The notes beneath the pieces are model-generated. The model saw only the letters and a program-made list of their open reading frames with translations, was not told where the DNA came from and made no database searches. A stretch of DNA of 64,000 bases from Eutreptiella sp. 'Long Island Sound 2002' (Eukaryota > Protista > Euglenida): NCBI GenBank assembly GCA_964036045.1, contig OZ038378.1, positions 169,012,001 to 169,076,000 on the forward strand. Direction: 5' to 3'. The position numbers and the translations under genes were made by a program. Shown one piece after another: positions 39,101-64,000 of the stretch (position 1 is its first letter; each line of letters begins with the position of its first letter).

Positions 39101-40852
39101 CTGGGATACACATTGGACACACACTTCTAAAGCCTGGGATACAGTCGGATACAATAATTACAAGTTTTGGGATACACTCTATCTCCAGGACTGCTGTCTG
39201 CTGGCTTTCTGCCTTGTGAAATTCTCCCCATGTGACACGTCATCTTGTTGGCTCCTCAGGGGGCCCAAACACTCCCTTCACTGTTTGACATAGTGCTGTG
39301 TCCATTTCACGCTCAGTGTCGGTCTGCCCACTTTGTGCAGCAGGTTCCTGTTGAGTGTCTGGACGTCCAATCTCCTGGTGCTTGCAGGCCCCGCATACAG
39401 CCCAAGCCCAGAGCCATGATTCGGAGGTACTCACACATGTCATGTGGCCTTGCGTCAGGGCCAGGGGTTCTGGGTGACGAATTGTTACCTGTTGGTGGTG
39501 CACTGCGATTGCAATGCAATTTGCTCAAAACTCTTCAGTGGCATCCTCCGCACGCCAACACCATCTCCAGTCTGCTACCGGACCACCTTGTGAGGCCAAC
39601 GCTTGCCCCACCGATGGCACCCCATACAACTGGAAGGGCTTTCCTCGGCACCCAACCCTGTGCAAGTCCGCCATCTCCATAACTGTGCCCTGGGGCTGGA
39701 GGAGCCAACGGGGTGTGGCTCCCGGGAGGCGCCGCAATCTTTTCTTTTTAGGCGTGCTGTGTTGCACTGCTGCAATGTATTTCCTGTCACATGGTCACTT
39801 GCGCTGCTGTGTTCTGTTTGAACCACGCACTTGCCCCTGCAATGCACCCTCCCTTCCCCTACATCGGAAATGCACGACACAAACAGCTGCCTTCCACATT
39901 ACCAGACACATGGGCGTGCACACAGAGACAACATTGCAGGCACAGACCATTCTTTGTGGTCCAGCCCACGGGTTGTGTGCCGCAGATTGTAATCCACATC
40001 CATTCGGTACAGATCCACCTGCGGGGGGCTGGGAATGCCATTTGATCGCGCCCCCTGATCCACTTGCCGTATCTTACGGTTCATTTGGCTCTCCATGGCT
40101 ACCTCCTGATGATAAGTTCAGTGCATTAACTTGCCAGCCACAACGGTGCGTTTCATCAGGTCCAGGTCTCCCACAGGGGGCATTCTCAGGGACACATTCT
40201 CACAGCAACACAGTGTGCTGTGCAGGAGGTGGGGTTGGTCACAGCCAATGCTACATCCAACGGTGAACTCGTCACCGGGCGAAACCACAACAACACACGG
40301 GCAGTCATGCACAGTCCACCAGACCACAAGACAGAATCTGTTTTGTGGGTCTTGAGAGTGGTGCAGCTTGCCAAGGGTCATCGCACTCACTGCAGCTGCT
40401 AGAGGGGGGGCACTAAGAGATACCCTTATCAAAAGTACAGTACTTGTCCGGGCTGTGGTAATCTGGGACCCGATTTCAATTCAGTACCCCACAGCCCAAC
40501 GTCAAGCTGCAGTCCTGCGGTGGGCCCCCTTGGCACATCAAAGATCCTCCAAAATGCAAATGGCAACTAGCAGTTTGCAATCTGCCTGTAGACCGTGCAC
40601 TTCGAACCCAAGGATTTAACAGGCCTGCCGTCATTCCTGTGTATCATCATCCATAACCGCAACGGTAATCTTGAAAACCAGGCAACGGGTCACGTTTATG
40701 GCCATTTTTGGCCACTGATGGCCCAAAGAAGGGGGGGAGGGGGCTGCTTGAGGTCACTAGTCAGGCCAAACAGGTACCAAAGATTGCCCCAAAGTGTTTT
40801 TTCACCATTTAGGTTGGCTTGAATGTGTAGGGCCCCGACAAAATACATCGTA

Positions 40853-41617
40853 CCCCCCCCCCCTTGCAAACTCCCGGGTTAGCGCGCGACGGTCTCCCAG
40901 GTGTGGGAGGGGAGACGGTCGCCAAGTGACGGTCTCCCGGGGCGGGGGGGGGGGGGGGAGATTGCAAGGGTATTTCAAGGCAAACTGCGATACCCTCCAC
41001 TGATGCAAGCAAAGAGAACACGTGTGAAGCGACTTTCGCGTTGATGCCAATGAGCTTCATCCAACACAAATGTTGTTGAGGATCCAAAGGAACGGTAAAT
41101 AACTTCTGGGTACGTGTGTGGGCTTTGCCGGTGTTTGGGGTTGCGGAGCCATGGGGGTAACATCCGCCGACTCTCGAGACTTGGGTGATTCAACCGCCAC
41201 AGCCTCTAGCCTTGAGAGTTGAGCACTCTCATGATCCACCGGAGTGACCCCACCAGGGTGTATGTACCGAATGTGGCAAAACTGCAGCCCATTTGGCGAA
41301 GGCCCCACAACAGTGGCCAATGCATGTGCACCAAGTGTGCGTGAGTGGTACCGTACATGGTCACCGGGAGAAAACATCTTGGGTCTGAAGTAGCAACACA
41401 ACACACCCATACAACGCCTTTGGAGAGAGAATATCACAGAACACACACAGGTGCTTGATTCGAAGTAATGGGAAAGCAATGCAAGGCCATGCGTAAAGCA
41501 GATGGGCAACACAAACCAGCACAATACATGTTAACTAGAAAAACATGGAAGTGACGGTCTCCCGGGTGGGGGGGGGAGATTGCAAGGGGGGGGAGTTTGC
41601 AGGGGGGGGGGGGGGGG
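40853..41617. mobile_element. MITE-like element with poly-C/poly-G TIRs and TA TSD, 765 bp, carrying a small ORF
   Basis: TA|C11-TTGCAAACTCCC ... GGGAGTTTGCA-G16|TA. Subterminal GTGACGGTCTCCCGGG-Gn-AGATTGCAAGGG recurs at ~40927 and ~41551. Confidence 0.8.
41057..41377 (-). CDS. Small ORF inside the 40853-41617 element, beta-barrel (SH3/Tudor-like) sequence pattern
   Basis: MFSPGDHVRYHSRTLGAHALATVVGPSPNGLQFCHIRYIHPGG... is preceded by acceptor-like gctacttcag| 7 nt before the ATG. The fold call is pattern-based only. Confidence 0.4.
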   Translation of the reverse strand: MFSPGDHVRYHSRTLGAHALATVVGPSPNGLQFCHIRYIHPGGVTPVDHESAQLSRLEAVAVESPKSRESADVTPMAPQPQTPAKPTHVPRSYLPFLWILNNICVG

Positions 41618-44600
41618 TATATCCTATGAAATGGTCAGGCAAGACAGAACTTTGGTCCACCTTTGACACCACCCTACACTCAGGGACAGTCCGGGGACAG
41701 CCAACCTCCCAGATGCCCCCCTAAAAAGGGGCCTTTGGCTAACATTCACAGGAGGACAAACTGAGAGAGCATCCCCATGCACACTATACCGCACACTAAT
41801 ACAACTATCACTGCTGTTTGAGCGGCAGGTACTCATGGGGAGGTTTTGGTCACTGCATCACTTTTTTTGGGGGGGGGGGGGGGCTCGGGCCGAGGGCAGC
41901 TAAGAGTCACTAAAAATTACCAAAACCGCCCGGGTTTTTCACGGTTTGGCTCGCTTTGGTCGCCTCAAACGACCAGCAGAGTTGATGACTAAAACAAATA
42001 CTGCACAATGCAAACACCATTTACCGGCACAACGACACCGGTCTGTGATGCATGTTGCCCGCGCTCCCGCTGGGAAGGGTTACCGGGGTCACCGTGGGCT
42101 AGGCGTCAAAAACGGGTCAACAATGGTACATGTGTACATTAAAATGCACCTTTTCAGGCTTCTGTGCGCATGATTTGGGTCACAATCGGGTGGTGATGCT
42201 CGAAAAATGCCATTTTTGGTGTCTGGAATGTTGTTGAATTCTTTCGTACAAACTTAGTGTCACCCTTTTCTGCCCGAATCTTCAATGCCAAAATGCCTTT
42301 TTCAAGGCATTTCGCCCCTGGAAGTGGCCGGTGACAGCCTGCAACACGCCACTTTTAGCAGCCCAGATGGTAGCACCCACGTATGTGCAAAATGCGCAAA
42401 AATAGCCCAAATGCAGGCGGTCTCAGCCAGACAACGCCATTTTACCATCATTGTGCATATGCGCACCATGCAATGCAAAAAATGCCAGCTCCTACCCCGC
42501 CAGCTTGGTCCCAATATTAAGTCTTGATTGCATCAGTGGCAGATTGGTGTGCATATACTCTCGTGGAAACCATATGTTCCATCATCTCAGCAACATGTGC
42601 TGGACATGCACTGCCCATGTCGATCGTGGATTGTCGTGCAGTGTGCCCTATAAACTCAGCCCCCCAGCCCCAAGAAAAAGCTCCAGTGCCTTGGGTGCTT
42701 TGTCGTTGCATGCCCACAATGGGCCCAACAATGAAACCCGCAGCCCGGACACCCCCCCCTCGCACCGATGAAAGTCCGACTTCCCATTGTAGTTATCATC
42801 ATCTTACGGGCACCCAAAAGATGGCAGGGGCAGGGGCAGGGGAGGGGACTTCGTACAACAAACCGCGTACCCAGGGCTGAGGGCACCCCACAGGTCTGAG
42901 TGTGCGAACAGTGCGGCGATTTGTACACAAATGGTGTCATCAGGTCACGCTCACCGCAACGCAATGATGCAACAGGGAGATATCACACATGCCGAGAGGT
43001 ATCAGGGAGACAGACAGATATCACACGTCAAAGGGCCACAGCAGTTGTGCTACCTCCTCCGGACTTGTGAACACGTATCATGTGTACGATGCCATGTGCA
43101 GCATTTCGGTTTTGTGCCCCAGGGTCTGGGGTGGATGGGTCTGCAAACGGGCTTGCATGGCCTCTCACCCAACCCCCAAGTGCACCATCACCCAGACACA
43201 CAGGGCAGGGTCCGAAGTCAGGCCATCAACACAGGGACATGCCTTGGAGAATCGGTCCGCCTGCCGCACTCCATCCAACATCACACGGCCCAAACTCTGA
43301 AACAGCTTTTCATCCATTTTGGACAACGGAGGAGAAGCGTGATGCTTTTGCGACCTACCGCAGGAGTGCAGGGGCAAGGAAGAGCATCATGTCAGTGCAA
43401 GGACCTTGAACGCAGCAGTTTGGGTGCAGATTGCCGCAAGGCACCAAGAGCGAGGGACGGAGGTTCGTCAAGCATCTGATGCAAAGCAAAGGACAGGGCT
43501 CGCCGTTCCCCGACTCCTTTTGCCCCTGCCCAACCCGATGCTTTCCTGAACTGCGGCAGCACTTATTGCACAGACCTGTTGTAGGGTCTCTCCTCAATCT
43601 CAGGGTACCTTCTCTTCCCCTTGACTGTCTCCGGCGGAGGGGGCGAAATGTTCCTGGGTTGCCCTGAGACAGTACACAGCAGCGATGATAGAGTCAGCCC
43701 AGAGAAAAGGTAATGCCACGTTGCCGCCTGGCGAATGGCCGGCATCCCAAGGCTTTGCGTGCCTCGACTCCCCAGATTAGCCAACCTCCACACCTCAATG
43801 CGTCCTGCGTATTTTATTGCTGCTGGCTGTTCTCGGGGCGGAGGGCCTGAGACAGTCGTCACAGACCCAGCAAAAACGCTGAACCGAGAACTTGGCTCAT
43901 GTGAAGTTTGCTTAAGCGGCCACCCTTGGGCACCATGCAGGACCACTTGGAACAAACCCAGATCCCCCGTAGTTTCAAACCCTTTTGAACAAGGCCTACA
44001 CCACGCACCTTGCACAAAGGGGAGAGCTGGTCACCTTTTCCCGGCCGGTCGTCCAGCGTTTCTGATCGTTTTTCAGCAAAGTGCCGTCTTCGTACGTCGG
44101 CCAGACGTGTGTCAGGTGCCGCATCATTGTAGTAGGAGCCGAGGCCTCCGCTCAGAGCCTACAGGAAGACGAAGCCAGAGCGCCATGCCCACAGATATGT
44201 CTCCAGCCAGAGACGTCGACAAAGCGACACTGTGCCCAGGAGGCCCCGTGGATGGGGGCAGAATGCTGCAAGGGTTAGCAGCAGGGCCAAAAACTGCTTA
44301 AGAGAACCGTTTGCAATACCCTGCAATCAACCCTCATTCCCACGGCAGGGCCACCCAAATGCGATCTTAGAGGGTGGTCTGTGGGAGGTGCTGTGGGCAC
44401 TTGACCTGCTCATTCCCTAATTGGGATGGTGGGTCGCTGCGCTCGGGTAATACCTCAGACCAATGGAAACCCTGGGGAAATCCCCATCTTTGAACTCTGG
44501 GGGGACAAATGCAGCCAAAAACGCAATTCATTCACAACTGCACGACATAAGAACTTCCGCAGCACCCAATCTTCTGCAAGGCCCGCAACCCACCTGCATC

Positions 44601-47600
44601 AGAAAGGAAACCCCATCCCCCCCACCTCCCCTCCCCCTCCCCTGAGCCAGTGCCGAGGAGGGCGCTCCCCTAGGACCAGGGGCCACAAACGCGCTGAGGG
44701 GGCTGCACAGGGGCCCTCGGCGGTGACAATGCCTGCAGCAATCTTCTTCCCGGACATAGGAACACGCAGGCCCAGGACGCCAGAGGTCAAGAAGCGACTG
44801 TGGTGGACCGTTGCTGGAGACTGCTTGAATGGATGTGCGATCAGCACGGCACCGCAATCTGTTGCATGCAAAGCAGTGGGCAGGGGGGGGGGGGGCGGTG
44901 CATGGATGTAGGAGATTGCCGTACACTGAGAACCAGAGGGTTTCAGATCAACAAGTGTTACACGTCAGTGGTGTGCAGCAGTTCCGGGCACTGTGCCCCC
45001 GTGGGGTTGCTTCTGGAATGTGCCCTGCAGCCGAAACTCGCTTGAGCATGCATGTTTGCCCTGGGGGGCAGGGGTGCCTTGGAGTCACCCAACACCGCCC
45101 CCGTCCCCTCAACCCCGTCGTGGGGTGCCCTGAAGAGGCGGTCTCCCAGAAGAGGACAGGGACAGTCCACAGAAGCATGCACCCACTCTCAAGCCTTCGT
45201 GCCATATCAAACCTCAGGAGGTCCTTGCACCCGGACCTTGGCAGGCAGTGTCCACTTCGATGTACCGCCGTGCATCTCATTGTGGGCAGCAGGTTCCATC
45301 ATGGCAATGGCAGAGTCAGAGGGAGACAACAGCCGTGGGAAGCATTACATAGTGCGGCTGAGCATCAGCAAGCAATCTGCAAAATACCAAATCACGATAT
45401 CAGACAAGCGTGCGCGCATGCACCCGGGCGCAACACATGGGCAACAAGACGGTGCACTAAGCATACTGACCTCATCAACCCGCAGACACCAGGGGGTGTG
45501 AGCCTTGCTGTGGACAGCTGCGGCCGTGGCACGGCGTAGCATGCAGGCTGCAATGCAATGTGTCAGGGTGACTAATATCCCCGGGTTCTATTGTGGGCAC
45601 ACAACTGCACAAGATCACAGGGGATTTCATTGGGCAACTGTCCAAGGGAGGTGCTCGTTGCTCAAGTTGGGGGGAAACGGTTGGTGGAGAGCGGTGATTC
45701 CTATCCATGCTACTGCCCCTGAAATTTTTGCTAAGCCGATTGAATTCCTGGCCTGATTGGGTTGCGATCCTTGCTTCATGGATTTCTGGTGGATCGTGGC
45801 TTTTGCTTCTGCAGGGGACTTGCCTGTTAATTTGTAGCCTGTCGCTTGCAACAAGGATTCAGAAACGCCCGACAACCAAACAAAACCCCACAGCTGGCCC
45901 ACCCCCTTCTCAACACACCCAGTGCCAGTGAAGACATTTCAGGCCAACGCCTATCTCGACTGTATGACTATTGTGGAGAGATGATGCATAGGACAACCAG
46001 GCACTTTTCTGCAACCTGAGGGCAGGGAGTAGGGTTCTCCTTCACTGTTGTGCAGTTCTCATGCTGCATGCTGCATACAAGGCTCCAGCTGGTCGAAAAA
46101 AATGGGGGAGTTGTGTCCCGTTGGTTGAACTGCAAGTGTGCTGTGACGAGGCCATCCCCAGGATGTCATCATGTGGGACGGCAAGCATGGGAGGGTAGTG
46201 CGGGCAGTAGACCGAGTTACAGTGTGTCATTTGTCATTTACCATATGATTTAGTGTAAGCACCGTCCCAACCTGACCACAACATGTACATAAAATGTGTG
46301 TGACCTCAGGGCTTCACAACCATTGAGTGATGGATCATTTACTGTTTGGCTGATTAATTGCTGCATCTGCACTGTGAGTGGGAGGTCCACAAGGCCATGC
46401 ACAGGGCATAAGTGCATTACAGCGCAACATATGAGCCGCCATTAAGCAAATAAAAACACATTTCATGCAACATGCTGGTGCCCAACTGTAGGGTTTTATG
46501 GTTGCTTCAGCATGTTGCATGGAAATAAGGCTGCTAAATGGCATCGGCTGGCGTGCACTTTGTGGAAGAAGAACTGGGACACATATTAATCAATTAATCA
46601 ATTATTAAATCAATTTGCTGTGTTGGGGCAGATTGTGTGTTTGTGTCTGGGGTTTTTTGTGTGTGTTTGTGTCCATCTTGTAACAGGTATGAATTTTCAG
46701 GAACCTCGGAAATTGAACATTCCTCCCATTATTTTTGAACCTGTGTCCCCATGCCAGTGCTGACAATATTTGGTTGGCCCATGTACGTGCACATAGGATG
46801 GAGGAGAAAGAGGAAAGAAGAGGAAAGAAAGAGGAAGAGGAAAAAGAAGCGGAGGAAGCGGAGATGCAGCCATACCAGGCCGCTGGACAGCCCCGTGGAG
46901 TGGGCACTGGTCCATCGTGGGGCGCCACCAGCTCCCCACATCACTGATAAAGGATGCTGGACGTGATTCCCCATGTTTCCTACTCAGGGCCAGGTGCAGG
47001 TGGCACCCAATCACAACATAGGTGTCTTCCTTCCCAGAATCCTTTCAGGTCACAGAGCATTACTGTGCTGGTTGGCTTTGAGAGCTCAATTCAATGGTTG
47101 CTGGATGTGTGGCCGATTCCTTGGAGGCCTGCACAGCCGCAGCTCAAGCTCCCCTTTGCAGCCTTAGCAGCCCCCAGCCTAGAAGAGTTGCTTGTATTTG
47201 CTAGAAGGTTGGGGACACTTCCCACCCCACTGCCTCCAAGCATGGATGCAGCAGCTAATGTAGGCCCTCTGCCGTGGCATCTCGTCCCCTGTCTGTTGTG
47301 GGCCTATGCCCTGGTAAAGTGGCCCATCCCGGAGAACCCACATCAATGTGCTTGGCACACTGGGGAGGGGTTTTTCTCAGAAATTAGATGCCATGCTTAA
47401 AACCCCCTGTGGACAAGAATTGACAGGAGTGGGGGCCAGAAGGTGGGGTTCCATGGGAATTTACGCTGCACTGAAGGATTTTCAGCTCTATGGGTGACCA
47501 TGTTCCCCCGACCCCTTTACGTGCAGAACCTCCCCATTCTTTCCAGCCCCTTTACACCCAATGCCTCCCCACCCACCCACCCACACACCGCTCTCTGTCC

Positions 47601-48018
47601 ACCCCCCCCATCTGTAAATCATCGCTTCATAGCTTATGAATGAACATGGATGCGGAAGCATCACTGGCCATCGCCGGTCTACCTTCTTGGTAATGCATTG
47701 TTACCAAGGAAATCGCGCAGGCAACTGATTGCCTGTCATGATACTACTTTTTTTGCTATGAAATGTTTCGGCAACAGTTCAGAGTGTCCCTTGTCCCGGT
47801 GTAAGCACCGGCTGTGGGTCCATCCCTCGGAGAGCGAGGAATAGTCCATACTGACTTGTGTCAGTGCATGCTCAAGTGCAGATAGGTTGTGTTTGTGAAC
47901 CAACAAACGATGGAAAAGCCGCTCCCCTGTCCCGCAGGTCGCAAGCCTACTAAATCAGCTGCATCATCTCATCATGCTGTCCTATGGCCCCTACCACTAT
48001 GTAGTCCTCCACTTGGTC

Positions 48019-48291
48019 CTAGCTATCAGTTAGTGGGAAAGTAGTTTCCCTGCGCATCCAGCGGTAATCCTTGCATACATCTTCTACCACCAGCTTCATT
48101 TCCCATACTTTCTGCCACCTGTTGGCTGCCTTTGATGTTTGCTCTTCTGCCCACTGTTGTGTGTCCCTCTTCCACACTCTATCTGTTGTGTGTGTAGTCT
48201 CACTCCACCGGACCACCGCTTTCACCATTTCCTCCTGTTGTTGTGTTCTTGTCTGTCTGTGACCCCATTTGACCGCCCGGAGCCATACCAT
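48019..48291 (-). mobile_element. Possible non-LTR retrotransposon (LINE) remnant
   Basis: RWQKVWEMKL...YRWMRRETTFPLTD resembles the W..VW....K...W.....LPT.D segment of LINE ORF2 (zf-RVT region). No RT core was recognised. Confidence 0.25.
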
Positions 48292-50514
48292 CCCCTCCTT
48301 GTCTCCCTCCTGCTCTGCCTCCAGCTCCCAGTTTCAGGGCCCTACATTCTTCTCTGTTTCCATTCTTTGTCTCTTCTACATAGAAGGTTTTGACATTGGT
48401 AAACTTCAGGGGCACATCCCACACTTTTTGTTGGCCATTCACATGACCTTTTGGCGGAATCCTTCCAAAATTTCAGAGAAGCCTTCAGTGAATCAGTACG
48501 TGAACCTGCCTGCCACTTGTGAACTGCAACATCAAGACGACAAACCTACTTCAGAGACACTAGGGAACATAAACACAAACGACAGGGCATATCAGCACAA
48601 TGAAGACACACAAAACATGCAGAACAACCGCAGCCTAGCTAAAGGAAATTGTACAGAAGATTTGTCCAACCATACCCAGCCCCTTGCCTAAGGGGGAATG
48701 TTTGCCGAGCGCATGCTTGGCGCGCTACCTTTGTATTAAGTATCTTATCTCTAGCCCCAAGTTTATCCTCACCTTGGGAAATCCCCCAAGTAGACCGCAC
48801 TAGACCGCAAACCTTCCCTGCATGGCACGTTGCATAAGCCGAAATATGAGAATTCAACAACACAAAATACTCCCACTACTTCCAACCACCACCCTTGCCA
48901 TCGTCATAAACTGGGTGCAAAGGATGGGCCAATTTCTCAGACACGGCGAGAGGGTACTCCAAATTGTTTGGTGAGGTGGGGGCAAAAACAGGCACGGGTG
49001 GGGAATGGTCAAAAAAAAGATGCCCAGCGCGCGCCCGGTGCGCTAATACTCCCCATGAATCCAACACTTCAATTCAATATTCAAGTTTCTTGGGGTCCGT
49101 AAATCTGGGATGGAATAAAACACATAAATTGTCTAAAGACAGTACTGAAAGAATGACCTGCAGCAACATGTTGAGAACACCCAAGTGCATGTGCCCAATG
49201 ATTAACAATTTCAACACCACACCACCCTTGGAATCACTCGTGAGGGAGTAGTGTTTGATTTTCTGAGATTCCAAATTTAGAGGCATGGTAATTAGGAAGG
49301 ATTAGAATGTTCATGTGGTGACCGCACAGCGTGCAAAGCGTGCGCCGCTTCCAGGAACACATCATGAATGCTGGCCCTCTGTTCAAACCCTGGCAAAGGC
49401 AATTGAATAGAGCATAAAACACTTGGGAGTGTGTACCATTTTGACAACACTTGGAATTCTGCGCCATGTTGACATTTCAGGGCCCTCATCAGTGTTGGAC
49501 ACACAGACAGCTGGTTCAGCTCTATTTAACAACACACAAAGGGACTATTGTCATGAACGCCGTTGTGCACTGATTCTGAAAATCGTGAATGATTTTTGAG
49601 TATCAAAGAACAGCAGTATGCTCCACCAATGCTATGTGATTTAATGCTGCCTCATCCGGAACCCGAATGTACAGCTTCACTTTGTGTTGGTTGGGTCTGT
49701 CTTGCACACGCAGAATAAACGAGGCCTCTGCATACGACAGCTTCTTGAAACGAGAAAGGCAAAAACCCAGAGCACTTGCAGTGCCGGAATACATGAACAT
49801 GAACATTCCAAGCCTGACACGTTGTGCATGACACGAAACCAATCACAACAACCACTGAGAGGGAACACAACCCCTGGCATTGTAGGTGGCGGGAATACAT
49901 GCTGTCTGCGCCCAAGTTACGCCCTGTCGCTGCCCCCCACCCCTCCCCGAAAAAAAGCCACCTTGACCCTGCTCGTGAGGCGTGAGATGTGTGATGGGGA
50001 CTACTCCCCAGCAACCTGATCCTTTCTCCATACCACGGTACTCCTTGTTTCAAAATATGAATCAGCACAGCAAATTGGCCATCTACCACAGAGGCAGCAC
50101 CCCTCCCACATTCACAGGCGTGCACAACCTTGTGCATACTTGTGACATTGTGTGAATTACGCAATAAACGGCAAGAAACTCTTCAGCACCCTCAGGCACC
50201 TGAACCAAAGCTGCTTCTGGAACTGTCTGCAGTCTTAAGCCAGAGCTCCAGGAATAGCCAGTATCCTCTTGAACAATCGATTGGTCTTACTGGGCAGGGG
50301 TTAAGGGTGCAAGGGTGCAATTTTTAGCTTGTCCCTGAGGTGGCACAAGACATTGCAGGGGTGCATGAGGAAAGATCCAACATTCTGGTGCTTACCCTGA
50401 AACTCGCCTATCCCCAGCTTTACACCTGCGCGCCTGATGCAATCACAGGGTAAAACAGAAATATGACTTGTTCTCACCCTCCTCAAATCATATAAAGACC
50501 CGGACCCGCTCGCT

Positions 50515-50727
50515 TTGGGTTGTCCAATGCACACGCAAGTGTCAAACCGGAGCCACTCGGTTAGAGTTGTACTTCCTGGTCCTCCATGCACTATGATGAT
50601 GGCTTCACCACATACACATTCACAAGGAGGACTTTCACGATACCACAGTGTGCTTGATCGTGCATACCGCCTGCAGGAATATTGGACAGGCATCCTTTAT
50701 TTCATGGATGTAGTGGGAGCACGCTAG
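50515..50727 (+). mobile_element. Ty3/Gypsy-like integrase H2C2 domain remnant
   Basis: RVVLPGPPCTMMMASPHTHSQGGLSRYHSVLDRAYRLQEYWTGI follows the LVxP...H...GH...YW pattern, degenerate. Confidence 0.45.
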
Positions 50728-51734
50728 GGGACATCCCGCCTTTCACTGAGGTCAAACTAGTCCCAATCCCATCCATGCTGAGCCAGAAAAGGCCGCCAGT
50801 GAGTGGCATCTCAAAAAGAAACGCATAAATGAGAAAAAAGTCTCCCGATGTGAAGGAGGAAACGAGGAGAACGGTTTGTGTCCGAGCCGCATGCCTGCAG
50901 ATCGGCATGGAACTGGGTGAGGCCATACAGTGCTACATGCCGCCAAAGCACGGACGAAAAGTGACCCCCCTCCTTCCAGACATCCTTGATCAGACCCCTG
51001 TTATCAGCACAGCCTTTCACCCTGGCCCTCGACATACCGTTCTGCTCGGACACCCTCCACAGGCCTCCGCCCAGCCTCAGCAGGCCACCACCCCACCCTT
51101 AGCAGGCCACAGCCCAACTGCCAATGTGCCTCATCCCTAAAAGAGGAGGACCACACGGCCTACCGGATCTTTCACATTCCCCCCTGTCATCCCAGCAATC
51201 CAGACAATCCGAGGGTGTGTGTGGCATGAAATGACCCAAAGCCCCCGCATTCCTCTGGTTGTGCACAGCAAAGCCTGACCAGCATGACAGAAGCGGTCAG
51301 GTCACGATGCGGGTCCACATCAAACTCGGCCCCACAGTGCCACAACGGTCCACACCGCTCTCACTATTGCCAGCACTCTGGGGCAGGAGACTGCCGCTAC
51401 CCCTACCCCTACCCGTTGTAGAAGATCAAATTGCCATTGATGAGCCCTTTGCCGTGCAAGGACCGAGAATGTGACACCACTGAGAAACCAGCGGACACCG
51501 AACGTGTGCATGTGTTGTGGGGGTCGGGGGGTCGGGGGGGGCTCACGCATGGAGCATCACATTAAGCAGGGAGATCCTGTTCTGGTCAGACGGTCTGGAA
51601 TTCCTTGGCCGCGGTGTGCGTGGGGCAGAGGCAGCCCAACACAGAATATATATGCTGTGCGTGGGGCTGAAGCCACCATCCGCGGCACCCACCCCTTGCA
51701 TTGGAGAGGGCACAAAAGTTGTGCATGCCAATGG

Positions 51735-63348
<11,614 letters not shown>

Positions 63349-64000
63349 ATGCAAGCTGAGTGCCTCACGGACAACCGCGCGGACCTCTTGCGTCCGTCTG
63401 AAGTGGCAAACACCTCAAGCAAGCAGAAAGACATACGCAATTTCTTCCATTTCCCCCAGATAGCGCACAAGCATGAGAATCCAACAGCGAACGCTACAGC
63501 GGTTGCCTCGGGAAGTTGCACGTCGTCGGAGAAAGAGCATGTGAACGGCCCAACGGGTAGCGAGTGTTGCACGTTCGGCGAAACAAAGCCTTCGGCACAA
63601 CCCGCTGCTGCTACAACCGCTTCGTGCTCTTCGGAGACTTCAAAACCTCCAACTCCTCCTCCATCTCCTTCCTCATCACCATCGCCATCTCCGCCGTCCA
63701 CATCTTGGACATGCCCATCACCCACCCTTCCTCCTTGTTCTTCGCAAAAAGAGATAGGACAAGCCCAAAGTGTTAAGACGTACCTTGTGGCGATAGCGGC
63801 CGCGGCGGCGATAACTTCTTCCGAAAGAGCCACAAAGTGTCGTGTCGTGGCAGCAGCCGGTGTCGCTTCGACACCGCTTGGTGATGCAAACGCGCCAAAC
63901 ACCAGTAGCGGCACCTCCGACTCCTCATTCACAACCTCTTCAACTCCCCAAGTTGGTACCGAGCCACTTCCCAATGGCTATTTTGGAGACCCCACTCCCT
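63349..64000 (+). CDS. Partial Ser/Thr/Pro-rich protein (at least 217 aa) with an N-terminal PIP box; 3'-truncated by the window edge
   Basis: Frame is stop-free from 63268 to 64000. First ATG at 63349 gives MQAECLTDNRADLLRPSEVANTSSKQKDIRNFFHFPQ...; QKDIRNFF fits Q-x-x-[ILM]-x-x-F-F. Acceptor-like ttgcag/ttccag lie just upstream. The true start is uncertain. Confidence 0.6.
   Translation, partial: MQAECLTDNRADLLRPSEVANTSSKQKDIRNFFHFPQIAHKHENPTANATAVASGSCTSSEKEHVNGPTGSECCTFGETKPSAQPAAATTASCSSETSKPPTPPPSPSSSPSPSPPSTSWTCPSPTLPPCSSQKEIGQAQSVKTYLVAIAAAAAITSSERATKCRVVAAAGVASTPLGDANAPNTSSGTSDSSFTTSSTPQVGTEPLPNGYFGDPTP

Noticed and set aside
49640-49760. Exon or PHD fragment (RLFCVCK) after a strong acceptor-like tract
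   Set aside because: The frame stops after a few codons and no partner exon or donor could be supported.

Overview
Eukaryotic nuclear DNA (~50% GC by eye), mostly repeats and decayed mobile elements, with few genes. The one firmly identified gene is SRP54 (- strand). I reconstructed it by hand as 7 coding exons (62407-61984, 58497-58304, 56766-56539, 55086-54947, 53699-53519, 52604-52430, 51859-51735; 1467 nt = 488 aa + stop) joined by six phase-consistent GT-AG introns. Other likely coding segments: an intact ORF with three C-x4-C-x9-C-x2-H(GGG) zinc-finger repeats of the WRKY19-like type (2446-3036, -); the start of a divergent + strand ORF with a canonical PIP box that runs off the window end and is absent from the ORF track (63349->64000); and a possible orphan Ser/Pro-rich exon (~17552-18042, -). 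Mobile DNA includes: a hAT-type MITE with perfect TIRs and an 8-bp TSD; three MITE-like elements with poly-C/poly-G termini, two with clear TA TSDs and one carrying a small ORF; remnants of tyrosine-recombinase (DIRS/Ngaro-like) retrotransposons, Ty3/Gypsy integrase and piggyBac; and micro- and minisatellites. The most unusual structure lies in SRP54 intron 1: an exon-like gene fragment bracketed by 30-bp palindromic repeats and (ACAAC)n tracts, whose splice acceptor is phase-compatible with SRP54 exon 1. The repeat style reminds me of euglenid genomes, but that is unverified. Most entries in the ORF track are spurious shadow or low-complexity ORFs. No rRNA, tRNA or CRISPR array could be supported.
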